From positions 317,750,001 through 317,814,000 of the forward strand of contig OZ024742.1 in assembly GCA_964016885.1 (NCBI GenBank): 64,000 bases of DNA, read 5' to 3'. This DNA comes from Eledone cirrhosa (Eukaryota). Below the pieces are notes generated by a model. That model made no database searches and was not told the origin of the DNA. It worked only from the letters and a program-made list of their open reading frames with translations. A program made the translations under genes and the position numbers. Positions 50,095 through 64,000 of the stretch are shown piece after piece. Every line of letters begins with the position of its first letter. Position 1 is the first letter of the stretch.

Positions 50095-50719
50095 ATGTTA
50101 CTTGTTGGTTTTGAGCTCGTCTCAGTATTTGGCTTAAGATGGAGCTAACCACTCACTTAAAGTACAAATTGACAAAGTCGATAGGGCATGGGATGAAATA
50201 CGATGCGGCATTTGTTTCATCTTTCTGCACTCTGAGTTCACATCACGCTAGGTTCAAAATTTGCCTTTCATCGATAAATAGAGTAGCAGTCAGGGGCTGT
50301 ATAATGGCGGAATTGTAAGAATGTCAAACACCCTCTGGTGTTTGTTTCGTCTGTTTGCGTTCAGAGCTCAAATTTTCCCCTTTGGTGGAGTCCCTTCAAT
50401 ATTAAGGTTATTGCATAGTGCAATAACCTTAATAATGAACTCTGTTCATAGGAGCTCTATACACTTGGAAAACTCGGCATGTTTATATATTTAATTTTCA
50501 TATAAAAGCGTTTGTGTGCGTCAGTGTACACAAACACTCACAAATATAACCTGATTAGTTTTTTCGTTGTTTTGGTACGTTGTTTTCAATTTGTCAAGCT
50601 GTCTAAACGTATGTTATTACTCTAAGGCCCGACCTTATTGAGTTATTTGCTACTCGTTCCTAATTGTAGGTCGCTTTGCTTGGCTGCAGCCAAAGCTTCG
50701 ATTTTACTAGGCTTCCACT

Positions 50720-50753
<34 letters not shown>

Positions 50754-51100
50754 TTTGAAAATAAATATATATATGAAAGACACAAAACTCCATGGTCATC
50801 GGCCATTGATATGGACTTGGGCAGTCTCAACCTCCACCAGCGCTAGTGCTGGTCCATCCGGGGTCATAGCGTCTGACATAAGCCAAATGCTATCCAAGGA
50901 GTAAGGGGCGAAAGACAAAATATTAATTTATAGCCGTTAAGCTAGATAAAAAACATGATGTTAGGGAATATATATATGTGTGTGTATAAGTATGTATGTA
51001 TATATAAACAAGTTTAACAAGTTGAGAAATCAAATTGATTCCAATATAACTAGAAGATTTAAAGCTCAATGTGTTTGGTTATTATTTACTGCATATATAT

Positions 51101-51252
51101 AAAGAGTCAGGACCCCGACAGTTCTGATCTAGCTGTCAAAACGGCTGGAGCTCAGCCGTCGGGGTCCTGACTCTTTTCTTATTACCTACTCTACTACCCT
51201 AAGTATGGAGTACTTTGGTGCGTTATGGTCCACCTGGTATCTTGCCACACCT
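51101..51252 (+). mobile_element. Family P copy with a 19-bp inverted repeat at its 5' end
   Basis: AAAGAGTCAGGACCCCGAC...GTCGGGGTCCTGACTCTTT. Confidence 0.75.
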
Positions 51253-51256
51253 GTGT

Positions 51257-51289
<33 letters not shown>

Positions 51290-51508
51290 ATGTGTGTGTG
51301 TCTCTGTGTGTGTCTGTGTCTGTGTGTGTGTATGTATGAGTGACTGCGTGTGCTCATGTGAGTATGTGTGTTCAAATGTATCTTCAAGATAGCAAGCAAT
51401 TTGTAGATAAATCAATCAATAATTCTATCTGAATGTGTCTGTATCTGCTTCAAACTGAATGCAGATAATGCGGGATATCCCTCTTATTCAAAGTAATTAC
51501 AGATAATA

Positions 51509-51625
<117 letters not shown>

Positions 51626-51906
51626 TTCTCACTGTATTTGTGGGAGTTCGAGTATAGCACATAGATCTATATACCTATATATACGCACACACATAACACA
51701 AATCACATACACATGCACGCACACACACCTATATATGTGTGTGTGTGTGTATCTCTGTGTGTGGTATGTGTATGTGTGTGTGTGATAGTATGTGTGTGTA
51801 AAAGGTAAACAAAAATAACAAAACGAACGGCACAGTACATAGAAGAAATATATTAGTTTAACGCTTGAAATAGCAGGAAGAGAGTCTTAACGTATATACA
51901 CATACA

Positions 51907-51971
<65 letters not shown>

Positions 51972-52040
51972 TTACATATACATACATACATACATACATA
52001 CATACATACATACATACATACATACATACATACATACATA

Positions 52041-52413
52041 CATGGTGGCTGCCAACTCGTTTTCGAGTACGGCCACTACTTTATATCCATGTAGGAGAAC
52101 TCCTACCGATGCGCTGAACGAGTGTGACTTTTTAGTCCAGCCAGCGACTTGAAAACTCTGGTACAAACATTACACTTGTGACAATGATTGACACATAGTG
52201 CTGGGCCCATGGTACCATGTGACGACAAGTGCAGAGAGATCTCCAGATATAAAGCAATACCTGTGCCGTGAAGCTTTTATAGTGAGCAAAGGCACTGCAC
52301 AAAGCCAGTCCCACTCTCTTAACCAAGATGATATTTATCAAAAAGAAGAACAAGTTAACATCATTGGATACCATCAGGGTTGCAGGTGTTATATCAGAGT
52401 TTTCTTTCTCCTA
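52041..52413 (-). mobile_element. Family A non-autonomous RTE-related element, 5'-truncated, (TATG)n tail
   Basis: ~95% identical by eye to 11031-11406. Confidence 0.9.
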
Positions 52414-52999
52414 AACGATCGCAACATGGTCAAGATGTTAAAGATTTCGATTCACAATCATAAAAACACATACAAATGAACACATATATAAAAAACCCAT
52501 TAATATTTTTCATCACGGGGAACATTAATGAAACATTGCACTCAAATCTGTCATTAAAAAAAAACATATTATCCATCACATAATCATATAAGAAATATAT
52601 CTGTTCTGTAAGTATCTGTCCATATACACTTCTAGCACTTGTATGATCTGATTCTCTCGTTTTGATTCCCTTAGATGAAGAAACCCTTCTTCTTCTTCTT
52701 CTTCTTCTTCTTCAAACATAAACTACCCAAAATATGATGACAACATCAAACATAAGCTACCCAAAATATATTATAGTATATGCAATAACCCACTAACAAA
52801 AATACAACGTAAAACACCGTTCACTATAACGAAACAACCTCCAGCAGAGTGTTAAGATCTAATCAACAAAATCCTGGAAATACAGCTAACCTAAACAACA
52901 CAAGACACATGAAACTATTAACAATTATCCAATAACAAAACCATGTTTTACTCATTAAAATAATGTTTAATACAAACAAAATCGTTCCACCAAACTATT

Positions 53000-53313
53000 T
53001 TCTTCTTCTTCGTCCAGTTATTCATAAGAGGATCTTGGGGACAGAGTCCTCAAACACTCCTTCCAGCGGGTCCTGTCAGAAGCAACCATCTCCAACTGAT
53101 CCGGCTGTATCCCCAAGTGTGAACAGCCAAGTTCACGGATTTTATCCAGCCATCTTGCTCGGGATCTACCCCTGGGTCTCTTGCCAGTTGGTTTTGCCCG
53201 TAAAATTTGTCCAGAGATTCTTTTCTGAGACATTCTAACCACATACCCTTAGTATCGGCGCCGTGATCTCTCGATTCAGAGAAGTAGCGGCTCTGCCTGG
53301 AGTGAAAACCCAA
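53000..53313 (-). mobile_element. RTE/Expander(Rex3)-like LINE 3' fragment with (GAA)n tail
   Basis: QAEPLLL*IERSRRRY*GYVVRMSQKRISGQILRAKPTGKRPRGRSRARWLDKI...ASDRTRWKECLRTLSPRS, then CTGGACGAAGAAGAAG. Confidence 0.85.
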
Positions 53314-53622
53314 CTTTTAAATATAAGAAGTGTATATTCATAAATTAAATATAAGAAGTGTATATTCATAATTAATATAGTTGCATTCGTTTACATTATA
53401 AAAAGGTTCGTGTCAAAAGAAAATCATTCTGAAGTTTTCTTTTTCCATGACACTTCTCATTCCCAATATTTGATATTTTCTAAATGTTATACATGTTAGT
53501 GATCCTCTCTCTTCTTGTAGTAAGTCAAGTTAACCATGTAGTACATTCTCGGATAAATGGTTTACAAATATCCCCAATAGTGGTTTAATTGCTTACATTA
53601 TTATATTTGTGCTATAGTGTGA

Positions 53623-53914
53623 TATAACGTTTAATGCGAAGAAAGCATTTTATATAGAACATAGTCCAAAATAGACTGCTTATATACCGTGCGTATAACG
53701 TTTAATGCGAAGAAAGCATTTTATATAGAACATAGTCCAAAATAGACTGCTTATATACCGTGCGTATAACGTTTAATGCGAAGAAAGCATTTTATATAGA
53801 ACATAGTCCAAAATAGACTGCTTATATACCGTGCTTATAACGTTTAATGCGAAGAAAGCATTTTATATAGAACATAGTCCAAAATAGATAATCTTTAGAC
53901 TGCTTATATACCGT
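53623..53914. repeat. 71-bp minisatellite, ~4 copies
   Basis: TATAACGTTTAATGCGAAGAAAGCATTTTATATAGAACATAGTCCAAAATAGACTGCTTATATACCGTGCG starts at 53623, 53694, 53765 and 53836. Confidence 0.95.
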
Positions 53915-55172
53915 CAAATTCAATATATAACTTTAACAATGATTATTTATAATATCTACCAACATTTAAAAGAGAAAGAAGAAGTAACTATCAGATCCTC
54001 ATGAAGACATCGATATTATTATAGAATATTAATGGAACTGTAGGAATAATGTGAATGCCGCTCAGGAAGATTAAGATATTTACGTCTGAACCTTACTTCT
54101 GATTCTTTTAATCAAGGGAAATTATTGTATTATATTAATGTGTGAGCGATTTATCAAAGCTAATACACCTGAGTGGAAAACTAAGATTATACTATGTCGT
54201 GTATTCGATACTATAATAATTGTGATTATCCGTAGTCAATATATGATATTCTATGCCCACCCATTGTCACACCTACCTTTCCGCTTAGATAACAAACCAA
54301 CACGGAAGGAAAACTGTAAAAACAGTTCTCTGCAAAGGGATCTCGCAAAATGAAACGCGGCTTTGTAAATAAAGAGATTGATTGTCTATATATCCATAAC
54401 ACAGTATAATAATACTCTGTAAACCGAAAGCAATACATAAAAGTTGATGTTAAGTCAAGAAAAGTAATTACAACCCAGATTATATAAGCCGAAAACAGAA
54501 AAATATTAAACATTTACTAGATAAAACGGAGGTACAGTTCATATATAACTAAACACATATTAGTATACAGTCGCAATTATCTTGAAATATTGGCAACGAA
54601 AAGAAGACACGTCATTACAAATGGTATTCTATCACGATCACAGTTTTTAAAAATTCATTATATACATAAGGAAACAGATGAAACGAGTATCTCGAGAATA
54701 CAGTAGCGCAATAATACCACTAAACTCAAACGTATCAAACATTCACGTATTCGAAGCTAAATACAATAAGGCCTTACATCAAAAGGCCTTACATCAAAAC
54801 ACTTATACATAATAATCTAATGTAATCTACAAGATGCAAGAAACGTTAAATCGGAAATGAATGGTATTCCTTGGTAAATTCTGACGCTCGTTGTGTTATT
54901 TCAACACGCCTACTTGTGTGTTTTACTATGCACATACACACATAGTAATTATATTACTACGGCAAGCACGGTAAAGACTATTCACTGATGAGGCTTAATA
55001 AGATCAAAACGTGTCAAGAGTTGTCACCGTGTCTACTAAAGATCAGGTTTATTTTTCCCGAGTTATAGATAAAACCTGTTGCTAGGGCAGTAGACTAGTG
55101 GAATTGTTAGTGCATCGAGTGAGATAAGTTTGTTGCGTATGTCCCGGCTCTTCGCATTCTGTGTTAAAATCC

Positions 55173-55236
55173 TGCTCTCTTACTTGTGGGGTACACTTAA
55201 CCGATCGGTTAAGTGTACCCCACAAGTAAGAGAGCA
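55173..55236. repeat. 64-bp perfect palindrome with no spacer
   Basis: TGCTCTCTTACTTGTGGGGTACACTTAACCGA|TCGGTTAAGTGTACCCCACAAGTAAGAGAGCA. Confidence 0.95.
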
Positions 55237-55876
55237 TTTGTTTATCACCACCACCTGGCCCTTGCGTGGCATTAGTGGAGTCCACTTTGTTGCAATCATT
55301 CGGACCGGTTTATGAAAATTTCTGTGTAGTCAACTAATTTAGATATTTAGTGATCATGAGTTGTCACCCCTGCTTGTATCGAATAGATGTTAGCATTGGT
55401 TTAGTGTTTGACTCTCCTCAATACAGGGAAAACCTTGATTCGTTAGTTTTCTTGTTTATTTAAGTGGCATGTTAATGCTTACTTCCCTACATTTTTATTT
55501 AACAAAAGTTTAAATCAAGACTGAAAAGTTTAAATCAAGACTGAAACTAGAAAATGTAAAACACTATACGCTGTGGAAGAAAGTAAATCTCAATTATGCA
55601 GGTCTGATCTAGTTGTCAAAAACATTTGCCTCATTTAAGTAGATTTACCCAAATGTAGCCAAGTTTAGACGTGACAAAACTATTGGCTTGGTTCAAATGG
55701 AAAATTTGTAACTAACTGTTTAAATATTCTAATTGAAAAGGTCAGTAAGTTTTAGGAAATAATTTTACTATACACTGCTAGACGTAAATTTATACAGTCA
55801 TGGGAATAAATAATCACTCTTTGTAATGTTGTCATCGAAATCTAAGTCATGCCCAGCTCGCAGACATTATTTTAAG

Positions 55877-56071
55877 GCAGAGTGGTGGATTGGCAGTATC
55901 GGTAGAGGGTCGGACGCCATGCTTTGACGCATAGAGTTACGGCCCTTGCCATTCTGAGTTCAAATCCCGCCAAGGTTAACTTTGCCTTTCATCCTTACGG
56001 GGTCGATAAAATAAAGTACCAGTAATACACTGGTAAATTGCTGGCCTTGTGCCAAAAGTAGAAACAATTAT
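55877..56071 (+). mobile_element. tRNA-derived SINE family S1, near full length
   Basis: A-box-like TGGCAGTATCGG, B-box GTTCAAATCCC, central GCCTTTCATCCTTACGGGGTCGATAAAATAAAGTACC (resembles the MetaSINE-type domain as recalled). Confidence 0.85.
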
Positions 56072-56109
56072 TTTAGGGCAGACAGGGAAGTAATTTAATC
56101 GCTTCTTCT

Positions 56110-56265
56110 ATAGAAACACTCTGGAAGTATCCATTGTCGAAATATGACTTGCCCAGAGATTCGGGGATTCACTCGGAGAACTGGGAATAGCAATGCTAGA
56201 TCGTACTTTATGGAAAGGAATTATCGAGTGTTTCAATAAATCAGGTCGTTGGATGATGATAATGA
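56110..56265 (+). mobile_element. Degraded RTE-type 3' end with (GAT)n tail
   Basis: LGELGIAMLDRTLWKGIIE, then GGTCGTTGGATGATGATAATGAT. Confidence 0.45.
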
Positions 56266-57266
56266 TCAACCGGGTACTGGAATTGATTGATTTACTAAAC
56301 CATCCCAATATACACCTGAGATCTTTTATCTATTTTGAAGCCGCGTGGCCTAATTGTTATTGGGTTAAATGTATGATCGTAAGGTGGTCGGTTCGATTCC
56401 AATACAGGTTGACGTGTTATGTCTTTGGGCAAGGCATTTTATATGATGTTACTTCAATTCAGCTGATATTTAATCCTGCGATGGAGTGGCGACCCGCTCA
56501 AGGAGATAGTTACACTTTCAGTCACTTAACGCCAATGAATCAGGGATAAGCTGGAGCCAGAATGGCCGCTAGGCTGGAAATAGACTTTAACATTAAAATT
56601 AACCTATGTTAGATATAAATCAATATTTCGAGATCTTAATTGCATAGGAACTGTGACATCATACCTAATTGAACGTTAGATCGCAAATGGTATTGAAGAG
56701 GTCAATGAAGACACAATCGCTGAGTAGATACGGACTGAAAGTGACGTCTCCTAAATAGAGATAATATTTCCTTTGGTTGCATCTAATTTGACACGTACAT
56801 AGTTGTAGCTTTATACGTTTTACCTTTAAAAACCTTTGATCAATTCTTCATAAGAATCTACGTTCGACTCGTGAAGAAAAGTGTAAGTGGTTGCGTAATC
56901 CACAGACACGTGCACCCATAGCGTACTTTTCAAGTAGAATCAGGTTTACACAATATGTGACAAACCTGGGCTTTTAGATTATAGTCACAATCCATCAGAC
57001 TGGCTTCCACACAGTTTCCGTCTACCCAGTTTAACTTAAATCGCTTTGATCGACCCGAGTCTATGTTAGATACACTTGACTAAGAGGCCATCCAATAAGA
57101 TCGAACCTGCGACTGCATTATTGCGAGGCTAACTTAACCACTCAGTCAATACATTTTCAAAGGCAATCAAATTTACCTTATTGAGCCACTGTCGAAGCAC
57201 CACTACTCAAAATGTTCCTTATGATTGATTATTGTTTCCTTGTTGTAACACGATTAACTGAATAGG

Positions 57267-57433
57267 GTAAAACAAAGTTCGGTCTTCGCCTTATACGCCG
57301 AAAGAAGTTACATTTAGAGTGTAAAACAATGTTCACTCTTCGCCTTATAGGTTGAAACAAGTTACATTTACAGTGTAAAGTAGTGTTCAGTCTTCGCCTT
57401 ATATGCCGAATCAAGTTATATTTACAGTGTAAA
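57267..57433. repeat. 54-bp imperfect tandem repeat, 3 copies
   Basis: CTTCGCCTTATA at 57284, 57338 and 57392. Confidence 0.85.
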
Positions 57434-57577
57434 TTCAAAGCATTCTTTGTTCACATATTGTCGGTTCCTGTTATACTCAATATTCCGACCAATAACACAA
57501 TAGAATAACACAAACACAGCTGCAACAAACAGAGGTTAACCTTGTGAGTCCTATAACAGGTTTTATACTACTACTAC

Positions 57578-57611
<34 letters not shown>

Positions 57612-57614
<3 letters not shown>

Positions 57615-57789
57615 TGTTTCTACTTTAGGCACAAGGCCAGCAATTACCCAGTTCATTACTGGTACTTTATTTTATCGACCCCGTAAGGATGAAAGGCAAA
57701 GTCAACCTCGGCGGGATTTGAACTCAGATCGTAAAGGGACGTAAATATGCTGGAAAGCATGGCGTCCGACCCTCTACCGATACTGCCAA
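57612..57789 (-). mobile_element. tRNA-derived SINE family S1 with (ATT)n tail
   Basis: Matches 17217-17428. Confidence 0.85.
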
Positions 57790-58572
57790 AATAATACCAA
57801 TACCACAACCACCACCCCTACTACCATACTACTGTTACTGATTTAATGGTTCTTCAGCTTTTTTTATTTTTGTTGCTGCTATTCCAATTCAGCCGAATGT
57901 TTCGTGTATAAAATCTCTACAAAAGACAAAAATGTCACATATTTCCCTTACCCTGGTTACAATATCACATACTCTATTTCTACGTGGGCGTTTAGCTTGC
58001 TAAAAATAGCTGCCAAAATCTCTCTCAAATCACAGTGGAAAAATTAAACATTCAGCAATATAGTCCAACATACCCCTAAAATAGGAGTGGTCGTCATTGG
58101 AATGCTTTCGATCATAGGACAACTCAACCAGATAATATGAAATAATAATAATGAAAATGATTGTATACAGTGCTCAGGTACACTGCAACTCATCAAAGGT
58201 GAAATAATGAAGATATTATAAGAATCGCTTTGTGTAGATGCTGAGTGAGATTGAAATCCAGATGACGATCTGCACTATCTCTAATACTTACTACTAGGCC
58301 ACCGAAACAACACTAAAAACAACAACCATCCCTCAAAAATCTAGTGCATCAGTTAATGTTGTTTTTTTTCAATAACAGAGTCCGTTTATATGCCTCGGTG
58401 TTTGTTCCAGCACTCTGCGTTCTAAGTTCAATTCTTGCAAAGGTCAACTTTTATTCTTTCAGAGTCGAAAAATATTTTGGATTGGCGAAGTTATTAGAAA
58501 GTCAGACGAGATACTACCTTGTGGTATTTATAGTGGCTCTATGTGTTCCAATTTTAAACCTTGTGACGTTCC

Positions 58573-58766
58573 CAGACCTGCAAACCTCTAAAAACCCAAA
58601 CGGGGAGTACCATAATTAAAAGTGCCCCCAAAACGGGGAGAAATGAGGGAAAATGGAGAGATTTTACATAATGAAAGCTACACCCATTTTCACAAGAGAA
58701 GATATTTCTCACCACCCCAAAGTGGGTGGGAGATTCCCCGTCCGACAGGGGGAGTTGACAGGTCTG
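58573..58766 (-). mobile_element. 194-bp MITE copy (inverted relative to 14574-14767)
   Basis: CAGACCTGCAAAC...GTTGACAGGTCTG; same length as the 14574 copy. Flanks CGTTCC/CTTTTC match at 4 of 6 positions. Confidence 0.8.
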
Positions 58767-59214
58767 CTTTTCTGCCACGAGTTGCAACTGGCAGATAGTA
58801 TAAGCAATAGAAAACACAGGAAACACAGTTTCTTTGCTCCCATCTGACGATCAGCTCTTTTCCTTTCATTTAATTTTTATTTATTTCACTTATATTACAC
58901 CAAATCAAGCCACTATAACTATTCTTGCTGTTAGTCAGTTCAACGAAGAGAGTTATCAGTTAGTTATTGAAACTTTGATTCCATTCCAAAAATCTGTATG
59001 AGAAAAACACGAACTATATCAACATTAAACGATAAAAATTAACTGTTCCTTTTTGGCCGTCTTCCAAACAGAATTAATAAATGTCTCTGTGTCTGTGTCT
59101 GCGTGTGTGTCTGCGTGTGTATCTGCGTGTGTGTCTGCATGTGTATGTGTTTCTGTGTGTGTATTTATATGTATTGTATCAGACATTATATATTATATAC
59201 ACACACATGCGCAT

Positions 59215-59262
<48 letters not shown>

Positions 59263-59291
59263 GTAATAATAAATATATATATATATAGTAG

Positions 59292-59426
<135 letters not shown>

Positions 59427-59962
59427 CAGCAGTTCTTACCATTGTAAACAATATTACTACCTTCTGTTTACATGTTTTATTTTATTTTTTTCGCTTTTTA
59501 GTGATATTCAGCGAGTGAATACAATTTCGAGTCCTCAACTATGTGTAATTTCAGTGTTGTTAGTATATTTTTGTTGTTTTTATGGTTGCTGTGGTTGTTT
59601 TTTTTTTTTTGTTTTTTTTTTGTTTTTTTTTCATCTTTATTCTTGTATTCAATTTCAGACAGATATTGGCAAAGTTTTAATGTCGTTTTCATATTTTAAT
59701 CAGAAGAGAAATGTTTTCCTTGTCTATATTTAGTTCCTTTTTTTTTTCTCTCTCGCTCTTTTTAATTTCCCACAAGGGTTATAGAGGTAGCAAAGACCGT
59801 TGTATAATGTACTAAATGCCCTACAGCTCTTACTGATATAACTGAACCCAAGGTTTGCCTCGTCTAAACCTGAATGTCTCCGTTTTGAAATATGGTCACG
59901 GTGGTCTTCAACAGTTTAGTATCTCTAATTTGCTTCAAAAGAGGTGAATATATGTATGTATG

Positions 59963-60041
<79 letters not shown>

Positions 60042-61286
60042 CAGCTGCAACTTCGATTTTACTCACTATTATATATATATATATATATATATATATCATC
60101 ATCATTTTACGTCCGCTCTTCCCTGCTTGCAAGGGTGGGACATATATATATATATATACAAATTTTAGCACACCATCAACGATCCTTTTGGTTGCAGCCA
60201 AGCTGACGAATGCAGTTTCGGTGTGCAGCTAAGCACTCAATAGGGAATATTACCCTAGAGTTATAACATTACGTTTAGACAGCTTTGCAAATCAAATACA
60301 TCGACCGATAGACGGGCTGCAGTGACCATAGCGACGAAGAAAACCGAACTCAGGAAAAATGTTTGACTGACCTGGATCATCGTGTTAATATCATAGACAA
60401 CACATAATATATACCATACAATATACATCACATATAATATATAACATCTCCGCTAGGTTTCTGTAAATCCGAAATCGACAAAATCCACTTGCAGCGGTCT
60501 GCAAGTTAATGGTTTTTGACGACAGAACAAAGGAGTTTACTTCGTCAACAAGCTTTTCGTTCTGGACCTCGCGGGTGTGCGTTCTAGCAGTAAGCACGGT
60601 TATAAGACACATGGTTTTCCCAAAGGGAGATAACTCCCTGTGCTGGCGGTCAATTCGAAATTTGGAACAAAGGAATAAAATTCCCTTACACAAATCGAAT
60701 TAAGCACTCAACTAGAAGCTATCAAACAAACATAAACAATTATTCAATCAATAGAATTGTCTAATTAAATTAATCAATTAATCGCTAATTCTAGGAGTTA
60801 ATAATATAAATTTTAGCAGAGCATCAACGAAGCTTTTGATTGCAGCCAGCTATTATATATATTATATAACAAAGAAGGTGTGGTAAGATACCAGGTGGAC
60901 CATAACGCACCAGAGTACTCGATACTTGGGGTAGTAGAAATATATATATATATATATATGCATACATAGATACATACATACATGTATACATATACATATA
61001 TATATATATGTATATATATAATTATATATATATGTAGATATATATATGTATATATATATATCTTGGCGTTGCTTTCATCCTTCTATGTTGTTTACTTGTC
61101 TCACTCGCTTTACGCGATTTACTTGTCCCTATAGCTTTATTTAGCTATTGCTCGCACCAACCTGACGTATATGGTCTTTAATGCGATGAAATACCAAAGA
61201 TGGTTGGAAAATCACTGACGAAGGACTATTTTTATCATATGTAACCCATGTGCAACCACGCAGTATTCTTCTTTCTTCTCATGTTT

Positions 61287-61329
<43 letters not shown>

Positions 61330-61333
<4 letters not shown>

Positions 61334-61478
61334 TTATTAAAATAACAGATTAAAGTTTAAGCAAAGAATCGCTGCTTTCACCCTTAACGGGATCTTCTGA
61401 AACAGTTTCAGAAGATCCAGTTAAGGGTGAAAGCAGCGATTCTTTGCTTAAACTTTAATCTGTTATTTTAATAAATAT
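61330..61478. repeat. 149-bp near-perfect palindrome (74-bp arms, 1-nt centre, 1 mismatch)
   Basis: Centre ...GATCTTCTGAAAC-A-GTTTCAGAAGATC... at 61404. Confidence 0.95.
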
Positions 61479-61564
61479 TTGCTCTACGGTTCTTATATAT
61501 TTGATATATATATATCCTTATCGAGCCCTCTTTGGATTTTAGTCTTTAAATTTATTATTATTAC

Positions 61565-62932
<1,368 letters not shown>

Positions 62933-63078
62933 TTTTGAGTTTATGTTGGTTGTATACCAACACCTCAGTATGCAGGCTGGAGCACTCGACGAAGTGCGCA
63001 GGTTGGTTTGGTTACTCCGGAGTAGTGTAAAATAAAGTTAAATAAAAGTCAAATGATTAAAATTTAGCTTCGTTTATT

Positions 63079-63133
63079 ACTGCTATATATATTTCAGTGA
63101 CAGCCATCTTTGGCTGTGACCTCTTCAGGCAGT
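63079..63133 (-). ncRNA. Type I hammerhead ribozyme, same family as 19241-19296
   Basis: ACTGC-CTGAAGA-GGTC-ACAGCCA-aaga-TGGCTGT-CACT-GAAA-TATATATA-GCAGT, followed by AATAAA. Confidence 0.8.
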
Positions 63134-63700
63134 TTGAATTAGTATGGTATAGACAAGTACATATGTTGTTTAGGTGTATGATATTGTCAATACTCTGATA
63201 TGCCCAGTTCCTTGTTGGGTTGTTAATTCACTGGGGAACTGGAGTCATATGAATTCAAACAAACGAATTTTAGTGTCACAGGTCCCCTTCTCCTCTCATT
63301 GGTCAGTTATTAGTGTTGTCATTGTTGGAGTTAGCTTAAAAATTGATAAAATGGTAGAAGGGACAAGGTGTTGAAGGAACAAAATATCAAAAAATGTGTC
63401 AAACTTCCCATTGTTCAGTTCTGAGAGCATTCCTCAGTCAGACACAGCCATAATAATCTGGCCAACATCTATAACACAAACACTTTTAATTTACCAGATT
63501 TCTGACATTAAAGTTCCAATCTTAAATCTTGATTTCTCTATATTAATTTGTTATTTGTTTTCTGCCCTCTTCACTGTATAACCTTATATTTATATTTATT
63601 TTAAGTTGAGATAGATTATAACACAAACACATTGAATATCTCATCTTAACATCTTGTATCATACCAATCTATCCAACATATTCTGACCTTGAGATTGGTT
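63134..63700 (-). mobile_element. Possible degraded Penelope-like element body upstream of the hammerhead
   Basis: Minus strand GAA TAT GTT GGA TAG ATT GGT (EYVG*IG, YIG-like) at ~63663-63683, in the same orientation as the hammerhead. Confidence 0.3.
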
Positions 63701-64000
63701 ATAGCACACACACACACACACTTTATCCTACATTATTTCTCACTTCTCCATATACATTATCATTACTTTTTCACCAATCTCTCATTTACTCTTTATTCTT
63801 TATTCTCTATTTATTTATTTATTTTCAAATTACACAAATTATATTAATTATTTTATTTTATTATATTATTTATTTATCTTCTGTTTTCTTCATTTATTGC
63901 CTTATATTTCTTCATATACATGAAATAACCCCACCCACCCCCCACCCCGCCACCACCACTACGATGGTGGCGGGTGGGATGAAGAGAAAACACAAACTGA

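Noticed and set aside
57229-57438. 18-aa repeat ORF (LHCKYNLIRHIRRRLNTT) that superficially resembles a zinc finger
   Set aside because: It lacks C-x2-C/H-x3-H spacing and is explained by the 54-bp tandem repeat.
61155-61265. CTGACGT...GAAA and CTGACGAAGGAC motifs
   Set aside because: One lacks a correct core and the other lacks GAAA; too degenerate to call as ribozymes.

Overview
AT-rich, microsatellite-saturated, gene-poor animal DNA. The SINE families and the density of (TA)n, (TATG)n and (CA)n repeats suggest an octopod cephalopod such as Octopus; this is inference, not verified. I found no convincing host protein-coding gene, and almost all ORFs in the track are translations of simple repeats. 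Main contents: (1) A ~20.3 kb satellite (23125-43480) built from 15/15/15/13-bp subunits (58-bp unit), with 2920-bp and 3089-bp higher-order repeats. (2) A 5'-truncated RTE-clade LINE (RT with a YADD motif, one in-frame stop, three C-terminal C2H2 fingers). It heads a same-strand chain of non-autonomous elements that have similar 3' ends and sit in (TATG)n microsatellite. (3) Several type-I hammerhead ribozyme motifs, some with intact cores and compensatory stem changes, inside fold-back structures typical of Penelope-like elements. (4) Fragments of R4/Dong-like and CRE-clade RLE retrotransposons, other RTE 3' ends, a hAT transposase remnant, MITEs, tRNA-derived SINEs, a tRNA-Ser pseudogene and many near-perfect palindromes. 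All calls were made by eye; family names come from recalled motifs and need database confirmation.
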